Positions 9,701 to 19,809 of a stretch of 64,000 nt of DNA are shown here, one piece after another. A program made the translations under genes and the position numbers. A model generated the notes under the pieces. It ran no database searches, was not told where the DNA came from, and was given only the letters and a program-made list of their open reading frames with translations. How positions within the stretch are numbered: the stretch's first letter is position 1; every line of letters starts with the position of its first letter. Origin of the DNA: Flectonema sp. DT1601 (Eukaryota); contig OZ025799.1 in NCBI GenBank assembly GCA_964019425.1, positions 372,001 to 436,000 of the forward strand, given 5' to 3'.

Positions 9701-11893
9701 TCTGTTTGAGACGTCAGCGTAGATTTGAAGACATCGAACATCCCATGTTAAATTCTCAACAGGACCATTTGCATAAACCGTGTTATTAATATCTGGACAG
9801 CTTATCTTGAGTTCTGGTAATGTTCTTATGTATGAGATAAACTCTTTTCTATTATCAAGGAACAATGCTTTGTATAAATGAGGACTGGTTTTTGGATCTT
9901 TTTCAATCAAGGGTGGATCCCATTTCAGTAGCATCTCACAGTCACCAAAACTAATATCGACGTGGTCGGGATAAGTCTTGTTCATTCTTAAAAATGATTG
10001 GCCTATCAGTCCTTTCATTGATAGTAAGTCAAGAGTCCACGAGTCTACCTCACTATAATTAGACGGTCTCTTAGTTGTGATGGTAGTCATTTTTATACTG
10101 ATCCTACCAGATGAAATCATAGACACGACCGGTAAGAATTCAGAAAAAATATCACTAAACCTTCTATCTGTGACACACTTTTCAATTAATTGTAAATTCT
10201 CTAATTTCATAACCTCATCGGTCAACGCATTAAACTCCCTCGCAGTAAAGGAACATAGAGGTTTCATATTACAACTATTATCTGGAGTAACAGGAATGCC
10301 TTTGGGAGTTAACGTAAACTGATCAACTCTTTTTGGACGCCATATTTTCTGTGTTAGTGTTGCCTTCATGTTTAAACTGCTAGGGACGTTTTTAAACACG
10401 TTTAGTGACACTTTTTCAATAGAGCTCCAAACCTCTTCTGATTCTCTCATATGACGTGTTCTGATCGTAAAGTATGAAACTGCTTGGAAAGATGTAGTGA
10501 CCGAACAAACATAAGCATGGGTTGCTCCTTTTCTTATAAACGGAGACATACATTGTGTGAAACCCAAACTTTTGATATCTTCGGTTGATTTCAGTTCCAT
10601 TCTCATTATATTTGCTTCCCTGAGAGTAGCAGATCGCAATTTTAAAGGTGAGATGGAATCAATTCTGAAGGTTGTTACTGAATCCCTGACATCAGCAACA
10701 GCAACACGAATCTCACACGCAGCATGAGATACGTTTAATTTTACAGAACCATAATGTGTTACTATGCCGTATTTACCACTATCTTTTATTTGAACGCAAT
10801 CTTGTGGACGAAATGGACAACTGAATGGTTTAAGTCTATTTAGTGGATAGATAATACCCTCGGGATCTTCACGAGATGTTACACAGCAGTGGAAGGCATC
10901 GACTACGTTATAAACTCGACAAAGTAAACCATCATTTGTTACGACTATAGAACCTTTTCTAAAACCTAACGGAACAGTTAAATTCTTAAAGTCTCTTATC
11001 GTAACGATGTCTTTACGATAAACATATGTACAAGTTGATAGTAATTGAACACATCCATGCATCCTGTCAATGGCGTCTGGGAAATACGTAATAATCCTAC
11101 CTCTCGGCAGTTGGTGCTCTACAGGTATTCTTGTTTTTCTTTCTGAGTCTTCACAATAAAATGGATGCATACTATTTATAACTACCCCAAAGCATTGTTT
11201 GTATTGTTGTCTTTCACTTGTTTCTGGATCCTGTGATTTGCAAAGACGTTCCCACAATATGTCGTGACCTTCAGTAATGATAGGTCTGTCGAATTTGAGA
11301 ATTGTTTCCGCAGGAGTGAAAAGACAATCAGGTAATTGCGGCATTGTAACTTCTGGTAAATATTCCTCTTCACTGTCGGAACTAAGTGGATCTTCTTCTT
11401 GTTCTTGTTCTTGTTCATTAGTCATGGATGCATCTTGTGGATTATTTGAAACTACAGTTTTAGGTATCTCGATATGAGTCGGTTGTTTGATATCAACTGT
11501 TTCTGCTACTGTGAGGTCGGAGTCAGTTGAATCGCTGCATATTGACTTGACGGATGCCCCTCTTAGAGTAGTAGAGGAGTCGTCAAAAAACGAAAGACTG
11601 CCATCCTGAGATGGTACTTCTTCATCTGCTCTCACCCCTTCACATAAAAACATTTCCCCAGCAATAGCAACATTCCCATTAGCTTTTGAAAGTAGGGAAG
11701 CTGCTTTTCCCAAATCTTTTTTTATTGTAGGATTCATTTTTGTCTTCGTATTTAAATTCTTTCCAGTCATTATCTCATACAATTGAATAATCTGTGATGT
11801 CAGTAAAACCGGATTATGTCCTTCAGCAATGAGAATGTTTATCCCAACAGCATCCTCAGAAGGGAGTGAATTTCTTATCCACGAACCAGTCAT
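6746..11893 (-). CDS. SNF2-family helicase with embedded C3HC4 RING (Rad5/Rad16/HLTF-like)
   Basis: LRPYQ, GGILASEMGMGKT, IVFDECH, LSGTP, RING CPIC..CGH.FC..C..CPLC, KFVIFTQF, GLNLTTAN and QAIGRCQRI motifs in a 1715-aa uninterrupted ORF. Confidence 0.93.
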   Translation of the reverse strand: MTGSWIRNSLPSEDAVGINILIAEGHNPVLLTSQIIQLYEIMTGKNLNTKTKMNPTIKKDLGKAASLLSKANGNVAIAGEMFLCEGVRADEEVPSQDGSLSFFDDSSTTLRGASVKSICSDSTDSDLTVAETVDIKQPTHIEIPKTVVSNNPQDASMTNEQEQEQEEDPLSSDSEEEYLPEVTMPQLPDCLFTPAETILKFDRPIITEGHDILWERLCKSQDPETSERQQYKQCFGVVINSMHPFYCEDSERKTRIPVEHQLPRGRIITYFPDAIDRMHGCVQLLSTCTYVYRKDIVTIRDFKNLTVPLGFRKGSIVVTNDGLLCRVYNVVDAFHCCVTSREDPEGIIYPLNRLKPFSCPFRPQDCVQIKDSGKYGIVTHYGSVKLNVSHAACEIRVAVADVRDSVTTFRIDSISPLKLRSATLREANIMRMELKSTEDIKSLGFTQCMSPFIRKGATHAYVCSVTTSFQAVSYFTIRTRHMRESEEVWSSIEKVSLNVFKNVPSSLNMKATLTQKIWRPKRVDQFTLTPKGIPVTPDNSCNMKPLCSFTAREFNALTDEVMKLENLQLIEKCVTDRRFSDIFSEFLPVVSMISSGRISIKMTTITTKRPSNYSEVDSWTLDLLSMKGLIGQSFLRMNKTYPDHVDISFGDCEMLLKWDPPLIEKDPKTSPHLYKALFLDNRKEFISYIRTLPELKISCPDINNTVYANGPVENLTWDVRCLQIYADVSNRFYDPSRLYNSSDLGARQLMNIVLGKLYGLVYNELSPHPSMGVYHKYEPFISDFLNAETANETLYLRPCITCGLPQVSHRACGAQSNQYVRANVENCALCGVHIEDHTAPSRKVTVRPKDHQNHPFVSYSELPARYLGNKTHECTTCNTQHLIRNQHWRDPLLRNHPERDRIVKKVYYHDSQREEGVKRDHNLSLNLAVAVVNSDYKSKYDIGMNNCNLRPYQEHAIDWMIKRETHKSKALVSYSPIRFADDSDTYYFSDVYGDFTDKPFSIKGGILASEMGMGKTIMILSLSHHNGPRAHGDYVPSKLRKKGFFLAAKSALKGKAAQSKKHISTVSDDDSDTEKRMAPLFTYQKKSMRRKLKNSESRIKRKDPPKSQGNIKRIKTEEPVQEINNDGRSVRHGMLTGGTLIITKASLRGQWSDELRSKLPNAHKYLIFDYHSGIPVATRNSLPLQDADFVVTNYDIISLQKSCEPDSRSTITNIWWNRIVFDECHFTNSDSSQSRLTVNLKGTNRWMLSGTPLQTNYTKISGLARTLYGIKPNDNMSLVLQTQLNRWLQSTTLRHTFGQVYADTGTKFLEELSQHSDVVVNVVLSERERLVYNTAQQKLSDELKYLTPRSPRWWAQWTVAAMRLRQLTSHVTNTVRNPFSLEYVIPATTVTTVAAHGVRASGSYGWNARVEPSEGAQQSSKIVIEKLPTLIPSNRITEVTETLQNPSDYECPICFESSTVLGLTKCGHLFCGPCIIPTVDIRGECPLCRAKVDQKCLTLVDAAEQEPEPEPEPEPVPSLEDANVDLDEEPAADADAETLFKWLKRKSISSKMNAMIKRITELRKKDPTCKFVIFTQFEATIKAIEREISKIGFESEKIIGSMSQKQRSNALTNFSIKSSCIAFLLTIRTGSCGLNLTTANHVFLMEPCLNPSLELQAIGRCQRITQTKQVVCHRFIVQNSIETVLHDARSGSKSGSNVSILTPAILSQYFGVSIP

Positions 11894-13540
11894 ATTCTGA
11901 TAGGGGAAACAAATTGATAATACGAACCCAGGAGGGAGAAACTACCACGAAATCGATGCATTTTCATAAAAACAACTGGAATAAAACAGTGTGCATTTGA
12001 TAACTTTATGTTATTTTAACTGTTTTCAAATATTGTATTAGAAAAAGAAAAGAAAAAAAATAACAGAAATAACAAATAAAATAAAAATAAATAAAAAAAC
12101 AGGGGCCAGCAGTCAATTATTATTATTATTATTATTTTTTTTTTTTTTTTGAGAAAATCTCATATTTTGAATCCGAGTGCACTTATTTGCTATTATACCT
12201 TTTTTTTTTTAAATTTCTTTGAACTGCTTTTCGGATTGTCCCTAAGTATTCATCACAAGGGGTCACTTCTGTATAAATGCTCACAGAGCAAACAGTTGCT
12301 TGCAGGCACGATTCATTTACAACTTTGAAAAAAACAACCCAACAGTGGTTAATAAAATGCATGTGTGATTGTCAAAATAAACGACGTGTAGTGCAAGGGG
12401 AAAAAAATATATATATAAATAAAAATCATTACCGATATGAACCTCTCTCTTTATGTATTTTAGCTGAAAAGAAGAAGAAGAGGCCAACAAGTGAAACAAG
12501 ATAAGTACATTAAAGAAACAGGGGTCAGAATCGGTATTGCACCCAAACCCTTATTCAAGACAAAGCCTTATATTTTGTTGATCGCAAACAGTAATACCGG
12601 GGGCACTTTGAACATAATAACGGCTTTTAATATGAATAATTTCTCCGACTTTTTTTTGTTGGTGCAAGAAAACAAAGAAAACAAAATAATAAGAATGAAG
12701 TGAACAGTAGCTCTCGCAAAGGTGATACGCACATTTCACGTCATAGTATGGTTCAACCGTTCTTATCAGTGAGTGAAAAAAACAAAATCAATACAAACAC
12801 AAAGGCCCTAACGAATACAAGAAGTGAATAATAATAAATTTAACACAAAAAATGGGAAGACCCCCCCCCTCCCAACAAATATGGAACAGATTATTAAGGT
12901 TAAAGAACCAACACAAAACAATACATTACAATATTGCTCAAGAGTGCCATGCATTATTCATACAAGAGACACCGTGATCAGATTTTTTTTAAAAAAAAAA
13001 AAAGCCATTTATTAACAACAGAACCGTTTCTTACTGACAATATGTTCATGAAAGAAGTCTGAATCCGTGTTTTAGAGACCTCTCAAATACATAAAGTAAT
13101 TCGTGCAAACTATTAATGCAAAGGAAGTACTTGCGTACATCAAAGAAAGAAAAAAAAGGAAAGGAAAGGAAAGGAAAGGGGAAAAAAAAAAAATTACAAC
13201 TTACGAAACAGCTACTAAGGGAATGAATATATGACAAACCCAACGAAGAAAAAGAATTGGCCAACTTTTTTTACTTTTTTTTTACTCACATGTTTGTTTT
13301 GTTTGTGCGCAACCGGTATAAAATCCTAATAAAGGAAAAGGCTAGTTACGCTGCCACAATTCTCTTTCTACTGAACAACGGGTTTGTAGGTTCAAAAAAA
13401 AAAAAATATGCGCAAGCATCGGTCATTATTATCGAGTTAAATACAATAAGTTTGCAATACAAAAAAAAAAAAAAAAAAGGTAAAAATATCAACTATGAAT
13501 CGAAAAATTGACCTTTTTTTTTTTTTTAATTTTTTTTTTT

Positions 13541-14834
13541 TTATGCTGTTGGAGGCTCAAATGTAAATGGTGAAATATTTTCTCTGACAACATCACAGTT
13601 GTCAGATTCTTGTTCGTCTGTTTGCACGCCAATCGGAGGAGTAAAACAAAATCCTACCAGGTTACTCCCCACTCCAATATTAGTCTTTCTCGGAGGTGAT
13701 GATTTAAAGTAAAATCCAACCTTATTTTTTCTCTCAGACACATGATCATTTCCAATACCAGAGGAGCTAAACACACTTGGAGTGAATACCATACAACCTG
13801 AGTCATCGGCATCGGTAAAACTACTATTTGCGCTTCCCATTGTAGCTGCACAATTTCCTGGGGTACTATACGGTGGACTCATACGACTGTCATCTTGACC
13901 GAATTGCAATGTTTCACTAAAAGCTAACGGACTTGTTAGCCGACCGGGTTCATATGCTCCGAATGAATTTCTCTGTTTTTGGTTGTTTTTTTTCACGAGT
14001 TTGCCGATCCTGAGATCAATAAAAAAAACAAGAATTTTCAAATAATTGTACCCATACCAAACTAGCCAACCCAACAGGTGTACTTAAAGGTACCGGAGAC
14101 TGTGGTGAGTTGATGCCGCCGCCTGGGTAGTCTTCTTGAGCGGAATCCTGTGAAAGTGGACTTTTAAACTGCTTAAGTCCCAGTGCCGCTTGATGATTTC
14201 CATTGAGAAGTGGTGATGAAAGAGAAATCGGGTATCCTTTTTCATCATCGTCTACGGGTTTGTGATATTTAAATGAACTGCAAAATAGTTTTCCCTCTTC
14301 GATCTCGTGTTGTCGAACTTTTTCAGCGTAAAAATGAGGACCTCGTTTTGCAATGTGAGCAGACGGAGTGTCGTTAACTTCCATTAATTCATATTGCTGT
14401 TGTGGGTCTTCAGAGTCTGCATGGTGATCATCTACTTCTTCAAGAACAACAACAGAACGAGGTGTTGTCGGAGGAACAGTATTTCCCAAATCATCGGATT
14501 TCGGATGTAAACACGTTTGAACTTCCATTATATTTGCCTCATCAAACATCACTGGGTCCGAAGAGGCACATCTAGCAAAGCGAACCTTGCTTCCTACTTG
14601 TGTTTTCTTTAATATGGATTTACTTCGTGTTATAGCAGCTGGACTATTTCCTCTTGTTGCTTCTCTCCCTCGGATATTCTCACTACTACTACCAGTCAGG
14701 GTTATAGATCCAATTGAGGAGCAGATCATAGTAAGAGCGCTTTCTCTTCTTCTTTTAGCAACTCTTCCTCCCCCATAGACTCGGTCATGAGCTAACGACA
14801 TATCAACAGTGTCGTTGGTGCTGTCGATGTCCAT
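13541..14834 (-). CDS. Hypothetical Ser/Pro-rich protein, 2 exons (14834-14058, 13972-13541)
   Basis: Two overlapping ORFs join in phase 0 through an intron at 14057-13973 (GTATGG...AAAAACAG). Many SP/TP sites. Confidence 0.6.
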
Positions 14835-15229
14835 TTTATGTGCACAGCGAGCTACGCATCTGTCAAAAACAATTACTAAAATTCCTTTATAAGGATGTAT
14901 ACAAACATATACGTATCGTAAAGGTACACTTGAAAGGATATATTTTTTTTAATTTCATTTTTTTTTTTTTTTTTTTTTTCATGTCTTTTTGTTTCTTTTC
15001 TTCCACTTCAGAATAAAAAGACGTCGTCGATAAATCTGATAAATTTGAAGGCAGGCGGCCGCAATCAATCTTATGAAGCAGTTTGCTAAGTGCGAAGTGC
15101 TACCTATCACAGACGACTGTTGGAATTATAATCGACTTCAGAACAGCCAAATTGCTGCAGCATAAATCCATTTGATCGATGCACAGATGTGTTAACAACT
15201 TCAAGAACGCCTTCACCGAAAGTGAGTCA

Positions 15230-18200
15230 CTATTTCTGATTCTTTTCTTTGAGACGCTTCTTCGATTGTAATCTCTGCCAAGATTCAATACGCTTCTTAA
15301 GAAGGGGATTGTTGTATGGATTTCTGTACCGAATTTCTTTGTCTTCTGCTGTTCTCCAACCTTCACCCTTCTTTTCCCAGGCAGTCTCTTTAACAACGCT
15401 CCTTCTGAAGATATTTTGGACACGGTAAACTGCATCACTTGAATTTTTGACCTCATCACTCTTCTTTGTTCCTTCAAACTGTTGTATTTTGTTGGTTTAA
15501 TTATTCCTCGTTGCGAGATGGCCTAACTCTACAGTAAAGTAAAAATAGTAAACAAAAAAATAAACAAACCTTCTCACCATCGATGAATTTAAAGTATCTA
15601 CTATCCCTGAGAGGGTATCCTGGAAATAATGTGACTTCTTCTCCTGCAGGTGGTTCACGTTTTCCTTCATGACCAGGACCATTTTTGTGGTAGTACGTGT
15701 ATTCCCAAATTCCGAACTTATCAGGTGTGATAAGACCCATTCTAGCCTCAGAAGTGTTTGCTGTATTAGACAAGAAGTCGTCCCAGTATTCTTGCTTTTT
15801 AAGAAGAGAAGTTTCAATAGGTGAACGGTACTCCGGTTCAGAGACTTGACGCTCTTTAATAGGAGGTATTTCATTAATTTCTGAAGGAGGTTTTTCGAGG
15901 TTTGTCCATTCTCTCGGACTATCAGGATGAGCACGCATCCTTTCTGCAAGACTTTCTGTCATGTAACCTCTCATCTTCTCATTCGCATAGACATCGCGAA
16001 TAAGCTCCTCAGGTGGTAAGTTACCTTCTCCAATAACTGGGAATCTCCATGGAGTCTTTTCTTTTGCGATAGCTTCGTGATCGCGCCAACGTGTTGTGAC
16101 ACTTCCTCCGTTTGCTTCTATGGCCTCAATTGCTTTAGGATCTACACTCTCAACGTCGATATCGATTTTACCTTTAAACCATTTACAGTTATTAAATGTT
16201 ATCTTAATACCTGGCCAATGATAATCTCCAACACAACGAGACTCAACTAATGTGTTGGGTGTAATGACCTCGTTAGTATTAAGCATTCCTGTATCTATCC
16301 ACCATTGAATTTGATCAAGACCTACTTTTGTGTATAGTTCTTCAACAACAACATGTCCTTCTTTGGTACCCCATCCTGTGTATCCAAGCATGGGAATAAA
16401 TTTCCAATAACTGTAATGCGGTTGAGTGCTTTTCCTCCAGTAGTCTGCACCATGAACTTGTTCATTTGACAACATACTTTGAACCCAGTACGGGTTAGCT
16501 CCTTGAAATTTTCGCAATTTGTTATGTTTCCATGCGTGAGGTCTTCTTTCACCCGCAAATTTACGAGATTTCTCTCTCTGGTTTTGCGTCGCATGTCCCC
16601 AAAACTTGTATGCACTTTTTTTAAAAGACAATCTCCTGTTAAGGTACGCACCCGGATTACTATATTCCTTCCAAACATTGTGATCTTCACCTTCGGTCAC
16701 AATTTCTTCTGGCTTTGTTGCATATGATAATGGTCGTTGCATTGGAATATTTTTATGCCACCAAAATAATTGAGGAATTGGATGTTTCACCGGATCGTAT
16801 GATATTGGTTCAACTACTTGTTCCGTAAACCATTTTGGTTTTATTTTACCAGGTTCGCATTCTTCAAAAACTAATCTCAAGTCAAGCAAGTCATATGGAA
16901 TCATCCTTGATACCATTCCATTAATATTACCTGAACATGGTACCGCGTCTTCTCCATTTACATTCTTAACACCACCTGCGAAAGCTCCAGGAACATATGT
17001 CTCACCTTCTTTCATTTCTGATATTTTAATTTGATCATCAATAGTCTTGCTTGTTGATCTACTCCAGAACTGTTAGTGTGGTGTTGGTGTTATAATATTA
17101 TTATTAAACAGAGTAAGAGAAACTATTGTGTTCACGTGGTGAGAGAAACATTCCAATCAGCCGATGCTGTCTCATAATATTTTGTGATCTCAGCCTCCGT
17201 AGAGTCATCTAACCGCAATATTTTTGTCATCACGCAGGAAAGATGAGTAGTAGTTCGCAAAGAACACAAGGAACCAGACAGAGACAAGAGAAACATTCCA
17301 ATCAGCCGATGCTGTCTCATAATATTTTGTGATCTCAGCCTCCGTAGAGTCATCTAACCGCAATATTTTTATCATCACGCAGGAAAGATGAGAAGTAGTT
17401 CGCAAAGAACACAAGGAACCAGACAGAGACAAGAGAAACATTCCAATCAGCCGATGCTGTCTCATAATATTTTGTGATCTCAGCCTCCGTAGAGTCATCT
17501 AACCGCAATATTTTTGTCATCACGCAGGAAAGATGAGTAGTAGTTCGCAAAGAACACAAGGAACCAGACAGAGACAAGAGAAACATTCCAATCAGCCGAT
17601 GCTGTCTCATAATATTTTGTGATCTCAGCCTCCGTAGAGTCATCTAACCGCAATATTTTTATCATCACGCAGGAAAGATGAGAAGTAGTTCGCAAAGAAC
17701 ACAAGGAACCAGACAGAGACAAGAGAAACATTCCAATCAGCCGATGCTGTCTCATAATATTTTGTGATCTCAGCCTCCGTAGAGTCATCTAACCGCAATA
17801 TTTTTGTCATCACGCAGGAAAGATGAGAAGTAGTTCGCAAACAACACAAGGAACCAGACAGAGACAAGAGAAACATTCCAATCAGCCGATGCTGTCTCAT
17901 AATATTTTGTGATCTCAGCCTCCGTAGAGTCATCTAACCGCAATATTTTTGTCATCACGCAGGAAAGATGAGAAGTAGTTCGCAAAGAACACAAGGAACC
18001 AGACAGAGACAAGAGAAACATTCCAATCAGCCGATGCTGTCTCATAATATTTTGTGATCTCAGCCTCCGTAGAGTCATCTAACCGCAATATTTTTGTCAT
18101 CACGCAGGAAAGATGAGAAGTAGTTCGCAAAGAACACAAGGAACCAGACAGAGACAAGAGAAACATTCCAATCAGCCGATGCTGTCTCATAATATTTTGT

Positions 18201-19548
18201 GATCTCAGCCTCCGTAGAGTCATCTAACCGCAATATTTTTATCATCACGCAGGAAAGATGAGTAGTAGTTCGCAAAGAACACAAGGAACCAGACAGAGAC
18301 AAGAGAAACATTCCAATCAGCCGATGCTGTCTCATAATATTTTGTGATCTCAGCCTCCGTAGAGTCATCTAACCGCAATATTTTTGTCATCACGCAGGAA
18401 AGATGAGAAGTAGTTCGAAAAGAACACAAGGAACCGGACAGAGACAAGAGAAACATTCCAATCAGCCGATGCTGTCTCATAATATTTTGTGATCTCAGCC
18501 TCCGTAGAGTCATCTAACCGCAATATTTTTATCATCACGCAGGAAAGATGAGTAGTAGTTCGCAAAGAACACAAGGAACCAGACAGAGACAAGAGAAACA
18601 TTCCAATCAGCCGATGCTGTCTCATAATATTTTGTGATCTCAGCCTCCGTAGAGTCATCTAACCGCAATATTTTTATCATCACGCAGGAAAGATGAGTAG
18701 TAGTTCGCAAAGAACACAAGGAACCAGACAGAGACAAGAGAAACATTCCAATCAGCCGATGCTGTCTCATAATATTTTGTGATCTCAGCCTCCGTAGAGT
18801 CATCTAACCGCAATATTTTTGTCATCACGCAGGAAAGATGAGAAGTAGTTCGCAAAGAACACAAGGAACCAGACAGAGACAAGAGAAACATTCCAATCAG
18901 CCGATGCTGTCTCATAACATTTTGTGATCTCAGCCTCCGTAGAGTCATCTAACCGCAATATTTTTGTCATCACGCAGGAAAGATGAGAAGTAGTTCGCAA
19001 AGAACACAAGGAACCAGACAGAGACAAGAGAAACATTCCAATCAGCCGATGCTGTCTCATAATATTTTGTGATCTCAGCCTCCGTAGAGTCATCTAACCG
19101 CAATATTTTTATCATCACGCAGGAAAGATGAGTAGTAGTTCGCAAAGAACACAAGGAACCAGAAAGAGACACATTCCAATTAACTGATTTGCCATCACGC
19201 AGGGAGTTCATCAACTGCGCGTCTTTAACCGAAATAAAAATGTCTTTCAGTCAAATTTAAAAGAGTCATTTTCGCAAGCGAGTCAGTCGTTAACCGCAAA
19301 GTTGTTTTATCATCATTTAGTTATAGCATTCTAAGAAGAAACTTCTAAAACTTTCCACAGTCAAATCAGTATGAGAGGCAGGCGAATAGAACGTACGACA
19401 CGGATTTAGGGGCGAATTTAAGCATACAGATACAGTATCAAATAAAAGAATAGTAACATACTGTAGAGTAAGTTCCTCCAACACCGTGGGGACCCATCTG
19501 AGCGGCATTTGCTCCACTCACAAGCAAGGAGGTGTTCCTCCGCAACAT
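15230..19548 (-). CDS. MRPL15: Mitochondrial ribosomal protein uL15m, extended form, 3 exons (19548-19462, 17069-15570, 15478-15230), about 611 aa
   Basis: uL15m-like core LDQIQWWIDTGML..NEVITP..L...IDIDV....KAIEAIEANGGSVTT. Exon 1 encodes MLRRNTSLLVSGANAAQMGPHGVGGTYST followed by a GTATGT donor. The acceptor CACTAACAG at 17070 joins in phase 0. Intron 2 (15569-15479) is also phase 0. Confidence 0.8.
17141..19170 (-). repeat. Tandem array of 14 near-identical 145-bp units plus a degenerate 15th fragment (about 19171-19206)
   Basis: Exact 145-bp periodicity: the CTGA D box lies at 17157-17160 in the first unit and 19042-19045 in the last. Only a few recurring SNPs. Confidence 0.98.
17151..19125 (-). 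ncRNA. 14 copies of a box C/D snoRNA (about 77-90 nt each; first copy 17240-17151)
   Basis: Each unit on the minus strand reads TTCC-TGC-GTGATGA (C box)-YAAAAATATTGCGGTTAG-ATGA (D')-CTCTACGGAG hairpin-GCTGAGA (C'-like)-...TATTATGAGACAGCATCGG-CTGA (D)-TT-GGAA. The terminal TTCC/GGAA stem closes it, and C to D spans 77 nt. Confidence 0.8.
19243..19320 (-). ncRNA. Second, distinct box C/D snoRNA (single copy)
   Basis: ATGATGA C box (19316-19310), guide ACTTTGCGGTTAACGA, D' CTGA (19286-19283), TCGC-TT-GCGA hairpin, C'-like ATGACT, guide CTTTTAAATTTGA and D CTGA (19250-19247). C to D spans 70 nt. Confidence 0.72.
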
Positions 19549-19809
19549 GTTGAAGGTACACCTGAGGTAAATAAAAATTATTCTATGCAATAATTACTTG
19601 TTAACCCTTATTAAGACATTTCTATAAACGTCATTGTTTCCGTACTTGCTGTGGGGGAATAAATAGTTGACAGTTGCGTTTCGTTGGTTTTGTGTGCAGA
19701 AATATTTTTCTTTTTTTTTTTTTTTTGAGTTTTTTTTTTTTTTTTTCTGTTTATTTTTGAAAAACATTAAAAGAAAAGAGGCAATGATAACTCTTCAAGA
19801 ATCGTACTC

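Noticed and set aside
15100..15477. 125-aa ORF as a separate gene
   Set aside because: The region is better explained as the last uL15m exon in another frame (15478-15230), following a CAACAG acceptor.
17141..19170. CRISPR array
   Set aside because: Whole 145-bp units repeat with no unique spacers, there are no cas genes, and the context is eukaryotic.
17132..19214. Series of 97-aa ORFs in the repeat
   Set aside because: They are by-products of a 145-bp unit (not a multiple of 3) that overlap each other in shifting frames and lie inside an inferred intron.
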